Assembly: GCA_965287045.1 (NCBI GenBank)
Contig: OZ336878.1
Coordinates: 42,532,001 to 42,596,000, forward strand
DNA length: 64,000 nucleotides
Source of the DNA: Carcharhinus amblyrhynchos
Lineage: Eukaryota
Reading direction: 5' to 3'
This document shows positions 1 through 13,534 of this stretch, piece by piece. The position numbers were made by a program, and so were the translations under genes. Under the pieces are notes generated by a model. It was not told where the DNA came from. It ran no database searches and was given only the letters and a program-made list of their open reading frames with translations. Numbering within the stretch: position 1 is the stretch's first letter; each line of letters starts with the position of its first letter.

Positions 1-419
1 TTCTGTGTGCCTTACGGTAACAGTTATGGAAGAAGTTAGAATTAAAACCACTTTTATTTCCTGGATATTCCCCCAACCTCCCATGGGACTCACTACATCT
101 GTGCTGGATTCTAATCCAGCCCATTAATTCCTCCCCGTTCTGACCAACCCCCAACTTCCCAAAGGTGCCGTAAAAAGGGGCATGTCCGCCTTACCACCGA
201 CTCATCTGCCCTCAATGAAGGCCTTGGGAACCTGCTGCATTGCACCTTCCTCAATCAGCCCAAGTAGGAATGCTAGGGAGAAAAGAGTGGCTTCATTTCT
301 AGGTAAGTAGCAAGGAGTGGAGCTATAATCCAACTCCGAACGCTAGTCCACAGAAGATTCGGGCCTATAGGTTTATGACCCTCATTGGTTTTAGGCACAT
401 GATCTTGATTAATACTTCA

Positions 420-560
420 ATGCAGAGCTCTATTGCTGAGGATGCTTTCTTTCGGATGAGATACTGAGCTGAGGACCTGTTCATCCTGAAAGATCACATG
501 GTACTATCCGTTCCTGATATTTTGAGGACTGAATTCTCCAATTTGGCCATGAAACATAGT
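420..560 (+). mobile_element. Degenerate Deu-domain SINE fragment
   Basis: ctttcggatgagatactgagctgaggacctg...aaagatcacatggtactat resembles the copy at 54020-54750. Confidence 0.4.
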
Positions 561-934
561 CAATTATTATATTTTCCTACATATACATACTTAATTTTTA
601 AAAATATTTTTAAATCTCAGAATACACGGTAAAAAACAAGCAAAATATACCTGACATTGCACAACACAGGAAGGGAGCTTTTGGATTTATTAGCAAGGGG
701 AGAACTTTGCCCCTACAGTACTACTGTCTGCCTAATTAAAACTGAAACACTTACTTTCCAGTTTGCTAATGGAAATGAGTGGCTCTTCTCCCAGACTGGG
801 CAAGGGGGTCATTGACTTAAAAAAGACATATTCAATGGTGGGTGGTTAAAACTGAATTAATCCCCTGTTGCAGACTCAGTAATCGATACCGCAGCCAGCC
901 AGCTCTACTAAGGTGCTACTGAAAACTAAATCAG

Positions 935-1105
935 CAAATCTGGCTTATTAGTGAGCAATCTGTCACTGATAGAGTTCAGTATGAAGAGTGCAAGCTCATC
1001 CACTTTGGACCCAAGAAAGATCAGAATAGTTTTTAAATGGTCAGAAGATAGCATCTGTGAAGGAACAGAGATTTAGGGGTTCATGTACAGGAATCACGAA
1101 AGACA
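935..1105 (+). mobile_element. CR1-like LINE RT fragment
   Basis: KCKLIHFG-like and EQRDLGV-like motifs (gcaagctcatccactttgg; gaacagagatttaggggttcatgtaca). Confidence 0.55.
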
Positions 1106-2504
1106 TGTCACTATTGACATTCTTCCACCTACGAAAGATAAAGGGCACACAGTATGCGAGGTGTCTTCATGTGGCACACCTTTGCAGATGGCTTAAGAGG
1201 CCAATCTTTGCAAGGCAAATTCTGTCACAAGTATTGCACATAAAGCTACCAATTTTGTGGGTCAATTGTGCCCTGAATGAAGTCTGCATCACCAACATCT
1301 ACTTCCACGGCATACACTGGCACAAGATCCCATGGTATCTTAAGATCTGGACATTAGGACCAACCTGGTCATGGTGCCTTAGAATGTTTTACTATGCTAA
1401 AGGTGCTAAATAAATGCAGATTGCTGTTGTCACTAATCCTCTCCATTGGTGGAAAATCAGTTTTTGGCGCCCATTGCCTTCACAGACACTATAATTCCTT
1501 TTTGCATAGTATGATAAAGTAGGATCATGTGATCACACAGGACAAAAGAGCAAAAGCTCAACATCTGTCGGCATTCATTTATTGTTATCTGTTACTTTCT
1601 TCCGAGGTAACAGCTAATGCTGCTCATTGTAGTCAGCGTAGCAACTGTTCAGCAGTACAACATGCTTTGCTTCATCAATGTGAACATCTGCATGCTGAAC
1701 TCTGAACCCATGTGACAGCAACTGTCTGTTAGAGTTAGCCTCATTTATGTCGTTATCTTGATGTTGGGTGATGGGGAGGGTTAAACGGTTTCTGCGACAA
1801 GATACAAATCCAATCACTGATCTGACTTCAGCAAGGGAGAGAAGTACGTGAAAAGATTGACCTCAACAGACTTGTTAGAATTGGATGCTGTTTACCAGAA
1901 TTTAATTAAGACTCTTTGGGTAAAGATTCAGTGTCTGGTCGCTACTGCAGCCCACACTCAAGCAGCTGCATGATTCATGGGTCCCACCTTTAACCTCGTA
2001 GGCAACATGCAATGCTTCACTTGTGTGTGCTGCCTAGCGGCCATGTCTGAGGGTTTGCTACACCATAAATCTGAGGGATAACGAGACATTTTGAAGAATG
2101 CTGCACAGGCGTGCCTTCACAACGACCTGGAATTCCTTGAAGCTGCAATTGCTCTCTTGCCAGTAGCTCACTGGGGGTATGGCGGAACGGGAGTAGCGAG
2201 GAGGAACTTTCTGGCGAATAATTGTCCAGTGTAATGTGTTGCAGTGTGGCACTTGGGGTGGAACAGGAATTGCACAGCCAACTGCCCATCTAACCAGACG
2301 TTTGTACATCTCTCTGTTAAACACTTAGGGCTGAATTTAATGGCTGCAATGTAGACCTGTCTACTAACACCAGTGGCAAATCTATCACCTTGTTGGAATT
2401 CTCAAAGGGATTAAATGTCAATCAGGCAGTAAGTTGCCAACAGCAGAGGTATCTGTGCCTTTAAAATTGGAGAGCCCACACTCAGGAGCTATTGGCCAGA
2501 GAAC

Positions 2505-2635
2505 ACAGTAAGAAGTCTGACAACACCAGGTTTAAGTCCAACCGATTTATTTGATAGTAAACTCACAAGCTTTTGGGGTTTGTCCCTTCGTTGGGTGAAT
2601 GGAGAGTTCTGCCCTCAGACAGAGCATACAACAGC
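2505..2635 (-). mobile_element. Penelope-like terminal-repeat fragment
   Basis: caacaccaggtttaagtccaaccgatttatttg...cacaagctt is shared with 35545-35720. Confidence 0.5.
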
Positions 2636-2814
2636 ATCTACTGCCAGAGAACCGGCAGCTCTTCCCTCCTAGGGATTGGTTACTGTGCTGGCACTGCAGC
2701 ATTCCCAGGAGTAACCATGATGAAGCAGACCTCTAAACAGAAGTGAATGGATTGGATTTGCCTGGGCCAGTCAGGCAAGTAATGGTAAGCATGTTGGTGG
2801 TAGGGTCAGTGCTG

Positions 2815-3280
2815 AATCACAGAATACTACAGTGTAGAAGAGGCCCATCGAGTCTGCACTGACACATGAAATGCCCTGACCTGTCCACCTAATCCCACTT
2901 GCCAGCATTAGGCCCATAGCCTTGAATGTTATGGCATGCCAAGTACTCATTCAGATACTTTTTAAAAGAATGAGAGGCATCCCGCTTCCACCACCTTCCC
3001 AGGCACTGCATTCCAGGCAGTCACCACCTTCTGAGTAAAAATGTGTTTTCTCAAATCCTCCCTAAACCTCCCATCCCTCACTTTTAACTTGTGTCCCCTT
3101 GTTAATGACCCTTCAAGTAAGGGGAACAGCTGCTCCCTATCCATCCTGTCCATGCCCCTCATAATCTTGAATACCTCAATCAGGTCACCCCTCAGTCTTC
3201 TCTGCTCCAATGAAAACAACCCATGTCTATCCAACTTCTCTTCATAACTTAAACATTCCATCCCAGGCTGCATCCTGGTC
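2815..3280 (-). mobile_element. CR1 LINE 3' end (ORF2 C-terminus and 3'UTR)
   Basis: ORF 2962..3324 contains LSYEEKLDRHGLFSLEQRRLRGDLIEVFKIM and TRGHKLK..WNA.P, the typical CR1 ORF2 tail. Confidence 0.9.
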
Positions 3281-4314
3281 AATGGCGGAAGAAATGTTTG
3301 TTCAGTGGGAGTGGTCCTTGCCACCTGAGGATACTTCCATGGGATACAGAGTGCCCAATTAGAAGAGTCCCTCTGAGCCTACAGGGAGATTGCCGGGTTT
3401 TAATGGGTTAGCACACACGTCATATGGTCCCCTCCGTGGCTTATCCATTAATTGGCCACTTAAAAGCCTCAATCGATGTCCAAGATTGGGGGAAGACATT
3501 GTCAATCTTCTTTGCCCCTGACTTAATCAGGGAGAGCTGCAAAAGCGATGGAGACTTTGCTTTCTGCCTTCCCTTCTGATTCCACAGTCCCATCCTGATT
3601 GCTAGCCTGCTTCTGGAGGGAAAGTGGAGGAGTTAAATTCTGTTCTTAGGACTATAATGCCTTTCTGTTAAATACGTCAATTTTAAAACACAACTGGTCT
3701 CTTGCGCCATCATTCAGCTTTTTCTGAAGAAATTACACTGGCTTACAGGAAATCAGTCAATTGCATGTCACCTAAATGCTTCAGCATGCAAACCTGAAAT
3801 CAATTCACCAGTCCACAAGGGCACAAGAAGCCAGCATCACTAGGTGTTCCCTGTTTATATCTGTACTTAAATGATGCAGATGCTCCATGAATATAATCAA
3901 TATAATGGTGCTATTAATTACAGTGGAGTTTATTTTTTGTAGACTGATAAGAGTACTGAGGCAATTCACCACCCTGGCACAAATCACATTATGGTCAGAG
4001 AATTGCGTGAGATGGGCCAGACATGATTTGCGCTGAGGAGAACCCCTTTTGGGATTACAGGCATTTAGTGAACCAGGCATTTAATGATGGGGGTGTGTGG
4101 GAAAGGTTTCCTCCCTGGGATTGGGGGTTGGGGATGTTCCCTATGTCTATAGGGGGATGGTCACAATGTCCATGGCAGAGGGAGGTGGAGCTTTAAGGAG
4201 TTGGTCTTGGCAGCCTCCTTCAGTCCTGTACATTTCTTTGCCAGTGGAAATCTCCGCAAGCTCCAAAAAACATGACTAAGTTTGGGGGAATTGCAATCTG
4301 CATTGCTCTGACCC

Positions 4315-4346
4315 ACAAAGTGAAGTTATGACAAAGTGAAGTTATG
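4315..4346 (+). repeat. Perfect 16-bp tandem duplication
   Basis: acaaagtgaagttatg occurs twice in tandem. Confidence 0.9.
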
Positions 4347-4774
4347 TAGCGTATAGTGCATCACCGCAATCCTTAGAAGTTTTTATCTGACTATATGTGA
4401 GTGGAAGCTTGGTCGATACAGGGACCTAACTGTTAAATGTCTACTGGATGATGATTCTGGTGGCAGGAGTGAATCTGTTGTAGTGGTGCTCAGTTGGTAC
4501 CCTAAAAAAAGCCACAGATATCACTAAACATAATAGCAGAAGGGATCCTTAAGTCTCCCAGGATCCAACCAGACATGCATTTCCAGTGATGGGCTAATGA
4601 ACAAAAATGTGGCAGCTGCCAGAATAATAAGCATTATACTTAATATGAGGAGTAATCTCTTTCACCAAGATATTTAATGAGATTGTCAAAAGGATCATGC
4701 ATGGCCACGTGAGTGCAATTGAATGTTTCTCTGGATTTTGGGGAATGGTGCTGCAAAGCTCTCATCAGTGTGCT

Positions 4775-5312
4775 GCTGCACCTGGATATTATGTGCAGTT
4801 CTGGTGTCCTTATCTGAGGATATCCTTGCTACAGAGGGAGTACAGCAAAAGTTTACTCGGTTGATCTCTGGGCCGGCAAGTCTGTTATATGAGGACAGAT
4901 TAAGTTGGTTAGCAGTTATTCACTGGAGTTTAGAAGCGTGAGAGGGGATCTCATGGAAACTTATAAAATTCTGACAGGATTAGACAGGGTAGATTCAGAA
5001 AGAATGCTCCCAATGGTGGAGGAGTCCAGAACAAGGGGTCATAGTTTGAGGATAAGAACTGAAGTGAGGAGAAATTTCTTCACCCAGGGAGTGGTTAATA
5101 TGTGGAATTCACTACCACAGACTGTAGTTAAGGCCAAAACGTTGTTTGATTTCAAGAAGAAATTAGTTATTCTCAGGTCTAAAGAGATTAAGGGATATGA
5201 GAGGGTGAGGGGGATCAGGATGTTGAATTCAATGATCAGCCATAATCAAAATGAATGGTGCATCAAACTTGAAGGGCCAAATGGCCTACTCCTGCTTCTA
5301 GTTTCTACATAT
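4775..5312 (+). mobile_element. CR1 LINE 3' end
   Basis: ORF 4905..5384 contains YSLEFRSVRGDLMETYKIL, RTRGHSL and RRNFFTQGVVNMWNSLP; the 3'UTR has gggccaaatggcctactcctg. Confidence 0.9.
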
Positions 5313-6049
5313 CTACAGAGAAATAAAGACAGCTGTAGCAAACAATGTATCTGTAAACTTTTTCATACATCTGTGCACAATTAATTGGATGATAATGCCC
5401 TTGGAGACAGCATGACACAACACTTTGTTAAGAAATTCAAAGTGGTGGTGGTCTTTACTGCTTGTGATGCCTGTGGGAATGGGTGGTCTCTAAGGCAGTG
5501 CCAGCATGCAACATAAATTATAACTCTGTGACAGTTTTCTATGTGAAGCACAATCTATACAAACATTATTCATGAGTCAGTTGCAGTAAGGAGCACCTAA
5601 ATTGCTATACGCAAGTGTGAAGATGCAGGTGGGTGGGGTTTATAATGCCTCTTGGGCAGTGTGATGAATCTGGCCTTAGAAATAGAAATAGAGATAGAAA
5701 ACTACTTAGACAAATAGATGCTATTGCCAACTTTCAGTCGCACGTCAGGAAATAAAATCTGAAGCTCCAAGCATTAGAGAAAACATGGATCTGAAGTGGG
5801 ATTCGGCAATAAAAAGGACTACAAATGGTAGGGGAGAAGCAAACGTTAGAGTATTGTTTGGTCTACATCCTCATGAGGACATTTGTTTTGAATTTTAGTA
5901 TATCTGTAGCTACTTGAGCAGGTCCTCATTGCTGCTGCTTTCATCTCTGGCGGGAAAATGATCACTGACATTCCAAGGAGACAGGATATGATCTACTGCA
6001 CACCTGCCTCACTTATGCTCCTGTCAATCTCAAAAGCACCTTAAAGTTA

Positions 6050-6478
6050 GGAATGAAAGAAAGACCTGCATTTGTATAATGCTCATGACCCCACTGAATG
6101 CCTGAAGGTGCTGTGCAGCCACAAATGAAATACATTTGAAGTGTCATCACTGTTGTAATGTAGGAAGCACAGAATTCAGTTTACATACAGCAAACTCCGC
6201 ACAAACAACAGGCTGATAAAGAACAGATGATCTGTTTCTGTGAGTTTGATTGAGAGAGAAATATTGGGCTGAACACCTTGGGTAAGTCCCCTGCACTTCT
6301 TCAAAATAAAGACGTGGGTTTTTTTTTATATCTGTCCAAACAGATAATATCTCATCCAAAATAAAGTATCTCTGACACTAGAACACCAGTCTTGGTTTTT
6401 GTGCTCATATCTCAGAGCGGGACCTGAAGCTGGAGCTTTTGACTCAGAGGGGAGGGTACTATTGACTGAGTCATGGAT
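6050..6478 (-). mobile_element. tRNA-derived Deu-domain SINE (SacSINE1-like)
   Basis: tRNA-like head at the 6420-6478 end, a conserved central body, and a ...tgcaggtctttctttc tail on the minus strand; homologous to 54020-54750. Confidence 0.65.
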
Positions 6479-9400
6479 GAAAAGCTCAAAGACAAGCCCA
6501 TGCTAAGATAGCCTCAGTTTCTGCTGGTGTCCTGCAGATACTTCAGTGAAACCTGATGCATTCCTTCTTAGCCCACCAGAAGATGTAGTCACATTTCCTC
6601 CAGCATTACAATGCTGGCATTGATGCCACTGTTGATTTTCCCCACATGAATCATAACAAGAATTGATATCAGTGTTGCTTTGGTCCTCTGTCAAAGTACC
6701 TGTAAACCGATGATGGTAGAAGACTAATGCCAGAATGCTGAAAATCCCACTGCACAGAATGTTCTTCTATGTATCCTACTATTTAGCCATCTCTAAGAGC
6801 AACTATTGCTGGATTCAAAATAATTCCCTTTCAGCCCATTTCATATGTTTGTAACTAGATATAAAAGGCTAAAGTCTGGATAATTTTCGCTATTTAATTT
6901 GGCTTGGAGCTCCTTTCTTGTAACATCACTCATTCTACTGTCTTGTGCTCAAGATATGTTTTATATTTTACAGATTATTCCAAATATCTCTCCAATAATA
7001 AACTTGAAACATTTTTATACACAGGTCAATTAATTTTTCCTCTTTTGATGCAAAGGCCCTGGGAGGCATTGTCCAATTTTAAGCTGTTAAAATGATCTGA
7101 GGAAATGCTATAACAAGCCAGTGATTTTTTTTAAAACATCAGTGTTGATTCAAATGCAGTCAGAAGCACTGATTCTTTCAGAGGCCAACGCTGCAAGTTG
7201 CAGAAGTAGTTCGCAGATGAGCTATCTCCCTCCCATCATGGGACATGCACAGGAACAAAATATTTAATGAGAAGTAAAGAAAAAGCCTCTTAGAGAGTGT
7301 TAACTCTGCCATTTCGCTAACTCAAAGAGTATTTTATGCTTGAGTAATAGCTTCCTCTCATTATGCCTTTCTTTTGCTCATGAAAAAACATCAAAGGGCG
7401 CTGCTGGCCTACCTGCTCTACCAGAGGGGTTTTCAGGATATTGCGGTGCAAATTCTAAAGAGCCCGAGTGTCAGCTGCGAAAGACCCCTGCCGACAGGCC
7501 AGTTCAACACAAATATTTCACCAGTCATTACATTTCGGAAATCTCTTGACAAAAGACAGCTCATTTCCTGCTTTCTTCCCCTCTTTTTTTTTCTTCTTTT
7601 TGGAAATAAAGGATTGTGGTCTTGTTGGAAAATAATTACAATAAACGTATTCACAGCATTAGGATTATAAGGAAAATGTCCGGTTCCTGTTAATCTAAAA
7701 GGACAGGAAACATGCAACCGCGATAGAAAATATAGTAACATGATTAACAGGCATAGCAAGACATTGGTTTTAGTTTTTAGAAAATATGGTCAGCATTAGG
7801 TGAGCAATTAGATACAGGAAGAGCAGCCTGCCCTTGATAATTGCTTATTCTTTTGTCATAAATAGTAAGCAACAACAACAATCACTTAGCCACCATGTCT
7901 GGGTAAAATATTAGCCTTTCACTTATAGTATGTATCAAATTGTACTCTTATTTAAATATATAGCATTACCATTGTAGATACAATTATAACTTTAATTTTG
8001 CTTAGTCTCACACAAAGTAAATGCAGGTACTATTGCAATCACTAACTAACATGCATTAGAAATGTTTGAACATTTCTCTTAGTCACAGCTTGGTCAAGGT
8101 CTAAAACGTTGCTTATCTGTCACATTTTTACTTTGTTGGATGATGGCAATGCCACTTCTGTCAGAGGTTGAGGGTTTTATAAGGACTATCTGACTGTACT
8201 TGTGTGCAAAATCCATTCTTTTGCTGAACACTGGCAAGTTCTTTCTACCTCCCACACCACTGCACTCACTTTACTTTAGAATGCAGCTCTGCAGCAAGTT
8301 CAAGTTCATGCCACAGGAAGACACTCTCGAGCAGCATGTAATGAAAATTAATTTTCATGTGATTTCTTTCAACCTCTGCTATGCTACAGCAAAGTTGTCT
8401 CCAGGACAATTGAAAGGAATTTTCTCCCAGTTTTTTAAAACTATCCTTACATAAGATGAGAGGCGCGATCTTAGTAGTGACTTTTGTTTCTGTATTTGCT
8501 GTGGCTTGCCTTCCAATAATGTTTCCCTTGTAAATAATATCAATCCCAAGAAAAGATTGAACTTAAAAAACATGTAGTTCTTGAATTATTCCTCTAAATA
8601 TGATTACATAGTATTGAACTTTTATTAATTGTAGATATCTCATTACTAAATAAATAAATGCTTTATCAATGTTCACTTACTATCAGTAAATATAATTTAA
8701 AGGATTAGAAGGAATCAATGGTGCACATTTTGAAGCATTCTCACAGTTCAGGGAACTTACTGCTCACTGAAGTTGCACTGGACTGATCTTTGGAATTTCT
8801 CTAAGTTAACCATCATTACTAATACTTGATTTATACTTGGGCCTGGTGCTGAGAGCAGGTTTACCATTCAACATGATGCCTTCCAGTTTAAAAGCAGCAG
8901 CAGGATGCCATGGCAGGGAGAAGGAACCCTCTTTTAAATAAATGGCCTTTGCAGCGAGGTCCCCACTGTGACAGTGTTGGGGGAGGGAAAGCCCCTCTAG
9001 AGTTGCTGCTGCGGAAATCAGAAAGATAGGGAGAGCCTCGTAAACCCACCGAGAGCACTGGCCCCTCTGCCTGCCATCAGGAACTTTCTTCCAGGCAACT
9101 GCAATGTATCCCATTTCACCTGAAAATTGCCTGGAAAATCTGAAGTTGGCCAGTGATAACTTTCATCCCCATAACTGCTCCCACTCTCCACCGGTGAAAA
9201 TGGCCAGGCGACAGGATGAAGCTAAAATTCTATGTCTGTTTGCTTCTGTTTCCGCACTTGGTGTAATCTGAAAATTCAACCCCATGTTTAAATTACGATA
9301 ATCTCAAAGGTTTTCTGGAAGATCTTACATAGACATGAATAGCTGGTCCTGTACCATCTTCTGTAAGAAACGTGAATGATTATGAAAGCACAACTGAAAC

Positions 9401-9632
9401 ACCTCTGGAGATGATGTTGCTGTCTATATGGCTAAAAATTAGGATCACAGACTTGAAATTTGGTGGTACAAGTATTTAATGTTTGAATTCTAGATGTAAT
9501 TTGTAATGGCTTGCTGGTTTTAGGTGATGAGGAAGTGCTGGCTATCTATCACCCTGACCTATCTTCTTCTCACACAATGATATTGGAAGTAGTCAACATT
9601 CCAGTTAGCTATTTATCTAAGGGTTGGCATTG

Positions 9633-9911
9633 TAAAGTAAAATAAAGTTTATTTATTAGTCATAAGGCTTACATTAACACTGCAATGAAATTATTGTGAA
9701 ATTCTCCTAGTTGCCACATTATGCTGCCTATTCGGGACAATACACCTAATCAGCATGTCTTTCAGAATGTGGCAGGAAACCAGAACACCCGGAGGAAACC
9801 CACGCAGACACGGGGAGAATGTGCAAACTCTGCACAGACAGTGACCCAAGCCAGGAATAGAACCTGGAGCTGTGAGGCAGTAGTGCTAACCACTGTGCCA
9901 CCGTGCCGCCC
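9633..9911 (-). mobile_element. HE1/V-SINE-like tRNA SINE, tail type B
   Basis: Head gggcggcacggtggcacagtggttagcact, V-domain gtttgcacattctccccgtgtctgcgtgggtttcctccgg, tail ...ctaataaataaacttt. Confidence 0.85.
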
Positions 9912-10675
9912 TGAACATTGGGTCAGCTGTCCAATTTGAGCATCTGCCAGAGCAGATACCAGCAAGTGTGCATACATCTTGCATGCATCCCTCCAGAGGT
10001 CTTTGACCTGCGTCATAAAATAAATGTATTGGAGGGTTCCAGGTAGGAATTTCATTGGTGTCAGCAGGAGTGGTTTGGGGAAAAAAGTAAATAATTTATA
10101 ACTTGCCCAAAGATTTCTGAGAACCCGAGTGTCAAGAGTGGAAAATGGAGAGTTGAGAAAGTACTGAAATGCACTGCAGCATTAACCTATTAATACCTAC
10201 TCCTGCCTTGGAGTCTAAGACACCCATTTGAAATGAATGATTAAGGTCTGACATGCAGACAGCACATTGGGATGAACATGTACCCAAATTAAATGAACTG
10301 TTCACTTGTTGGGGTTGACCGATTTCATCATCATAGTTGCCCCCTTGTGTAGGAAATGCCAGCAGCGTTCTGCGTAGAGTTTTAGCAGGGCATGATTTCT
10401 GCTTTTGGCTGCCCATTTCGCTACACTTCAGTGGGTGACTGGAAAATCTAACCTATTCTCTAAACCAGGAAATAATACACCAATAAAATATAATAGCACA
10501 AAGCATGTTGGGGTAGAAATCTGTCTTGCACAGGATGCAGAAGGAGCAGCCAATGGAATTAAATATCAGTCAATTTGATATCATTTGTTTTGGACCTATT
10601 GAATTATGGCCAAAACCTTTGCATCTTTGAGTTTATGACTTAGAATGCATTCCGTGGATAGATTATTACGTACAG

Positions 10676-10874
10676 AAGTTAAAGCTTATTTATTAGTCAC
10701 AAGTAAGGCTTACATTAACGCTGCAATGAAGTTACTGTGAAATTCCCCTAGTCGCCACACTCCGGCACCTACATCTAACCAGCACGCCTTTCAGGCTGTG
10801 GGAGGAGACCGGAGCACCCAGAGGAAATCCATGCAGGAGAACTCGCAAACTCTACACAGTGCCACTGTGCTGCC
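10676..10874 (-). mobile_element. HE1/V-SINE-like SINE, tail type B, internally deleted
   Basis: Same tail and V-domain as 9633-9911. Confidence 0.8.
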
Positions 10875-12728
10875 TATTCCTCTGATGTAACTGTGCCACA
10901 AGTGAGAAAAAGAAAATCTGAGATACTTTGTGTGGGATCATGTCAATGATATTCTTGAGAGGTGCAAGCCATAAACAGGTCTGTTAAACATTTAAACCCA
11001 GGTTTTCTAAATGAATCATGAGTATTTTGGTGAAATTAAAAATGGCATAATACAAGATAAACATTATCTAAGCTAATCCTTTTTAGGGGGACATGGTCAG
11101 AATTAAAAATACAGAGGAAGGGTACTGTGTTTGCTGCATTTTCTAGCATAGTTTAACATAGCATAGAAGCAGCTCACTGTCTGCAGGTCATTGAAAGCAA
11201 GGCTGGATTTCAATTCAAAACACCTAGGAAAGAAAATCTGCCAGTGTTGTCTAGTCATACTGCTTATTGAATGAACTACAAATCCATTTTATCAATAAGC
11301 TGAATACTTTACTGTCAGTTGTGCCAAAATGTGATCCAATTGCAGTCTGAGGAAAGAAGCAGAGGGGGAGAAAAATGCTGCAAGTTGGTCAATGTCTCCG
11401 TCACCTACAAGAAATCAAACACTACCTTTCTGTGAAACCATGCAGTTCTGCGAAGCTCTGAGCTGGGGTTAATTAATAATGCACAACCATCTGATTAACT
11501 GAAGTGCTCTTTCCTGTGTAAACATTTAAAGATGCATAAGGTAGAAAAAGTAGATGTCATATTTTAGTTTTGATGCAGTGCACTCTCGCCTTCCATTCCT
11601 CTCCTTCAACAATTACTTACTATGCTGACAAAGTCAATAAATTGATCTTGCTTCTGATGTGCTATACAGCAAGCTAATCCAATACTGTGCTATCTGCAGT
11701 AAAAATAATCAGGGAAGACGGGTAGAAGAGGCAGCAGTAATATATGTACATCTCTGCAATCCGCTGGCACCAATCTATTGATAGACAAATGTTTTTAAAG
11801 TAAAATCAGATTCTTCAACAATTACCTTAACGCCAAATGCTCACAAAGAATGCCATGTTCCAGTGATGCTAAGCGAATATTTAACTATTTTAGAACAGGA
11901 TTGCTTCCAGTGGTAAAAGATACATTTGGTTAGATTCTGGTGCTTCTGGGCCAATTACAGATTACCAGCAGCAGTGTTTACAGAAGGTTACACCGTCGCA
12001 GTTAAGTGATTAGGCTCCAGACATTCCGCAAATAGCATGGGAAGACCAATATTGTAAGGACTGCTGAGCAACAGCTAGGAAGAATATTTGCAGAATGGTT
12101 GGATTGTGCTTCTGACAGCAACATAGATAGCTAAAGATAAAAGGCCAAGATTCTGATAGGCATATGATGCAATAATAATGAAGGTCTTGACTTATCATGA
12201 CAAACAACTTCTGTCTAACACAGAAGGTGAGGAGTGGTGGGAAGCTTTGGAAACCCTCAATTCAAAGTCACCTTTTCCTCCTCTTGAGACTGGGACCATC
12301 AGGAGGAAGCCCCAGTGCTACCTTATTTATATTACACAACCCACAGCTATGGATTGGGTTCATAAACAGTGTACGAGCCATACATCAATTTGTATATTTT
12401 GTTTATATCGTGTCTTTTGGATACAATGTAAATGAATTTGGTCATCAGCAGCATTAAGATATCAATGGAAGGAACTGACAACCTGTTCAATACCCCACCT
12501 TCATTTATGTCAAAGACTAATTTCAGCCCTGTTGTTTTTGATGGTTGAAAAACTCCACTGCGGTTGAGAAAGAGGGAGTCATAAGAAATGTTGTAAAAAT
12601 GGGATATTGAGATTGTGATCAATCAGATAAGGCCAAGATGGCCGAGCAAACAGCCAATTTTTATCACTGAGAAGTCACAAGGTTTCCTATCTATGTAGCA
12701 TGTGATTATATCAGAACTCCATAGATCA

Positions 12729-13530
12729 TGGGTGGAATCTTGCGCAAGCAATGGGGGTCTCCGTTGTTAGCTGGAAAGCCAGTGAGATCCCTGCATCACC
12801 TCTTTTCGAGATGGCTGGCTGGATCTTCTACCACTTAGGCACTTGGTGGGTCAGCGGTGGGCATTTCTTTGGGATCAAGACCGCTGGGAGTGGAGGCCCC
12901 TTTAAAAGAACTGGCAGTCAATCAGAGGCGAGCAGTGCTATTGAGGAAGCAATGGCTGCAGGTGGTATGGCACCTTTCCAACACCTGGTATCATGGATTG
13001 ACCAGGTAAGAGGTGAGTAATGGTGGGAGGGCTGGTTGCAGTGTGGGGATCATGGACTGGAGGGAGGATTGGTGAGTAGGGCATCAGATTGGGGGGGAGG
13101 GGGTTTAGGGAGGCTCAGCAGCAAGGGCATGGGGCTCCTAGTGGGCCATCCCTTCCTGATTCCGGGCCCCATGATCAGGTTCTGGAGCCTTTGAATGAGG
13201 GTCCTCTCTGAAGAGCCTGCAAGTAAACATACTAGGGTTGGTTTGTTGCCCTTCCTGCACTGCAAACACCCTGTCCTCCAATGTGTTAGTACTAGCAGCA
13301 CAGGGATGAGGCTCTTTAGTTGCCATTGAGTCCCACTTAAAGGGCTTAATTGGCAGCAGTTCTTCCCACCATAGACTAAATCTGGTTGGAGGTGGGAAGG
13401 TGGTGGGGTCCCCACCTGCAATCGCTGAACCGATTGAGTAATTGCACCCCGCTCCATCAAACACACTAGGGGTGAAGGCACAACATTCCATGCCCTGACA
13501 CATAATCTAAATGGTGAAAAATTTACTCCA
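12729..13530. mobile_element. GC-rich non-autonomous TIR element
   Basis: Left end gggtggaatctt and right end aaaaatttactcc; no credible coding potential. Confidence 0.5.
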
Positions 13531-13534
13531 ATTA

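Larger units (their letters stand above)
2327..3645. mobile_element. Non-autonomous TIR element interrupted by a Penelope-like piece and a CR1 3' end
   Basis: Left end gggctgaatttaa and right end ttaaattctgttc form an imperfect inverted pair around a GC-rich interior. Confidence 0.4.

Noticed and set aside
9721-10055. Recurring short ORFs such as VCAEFAHSPRVCVGFL or RKPEHPEETH, also near 19.1, 21.6, 40.1, 60.4 and 63.7 kb
   Set aside because: They are translations of the non-coding SINE V-domain.
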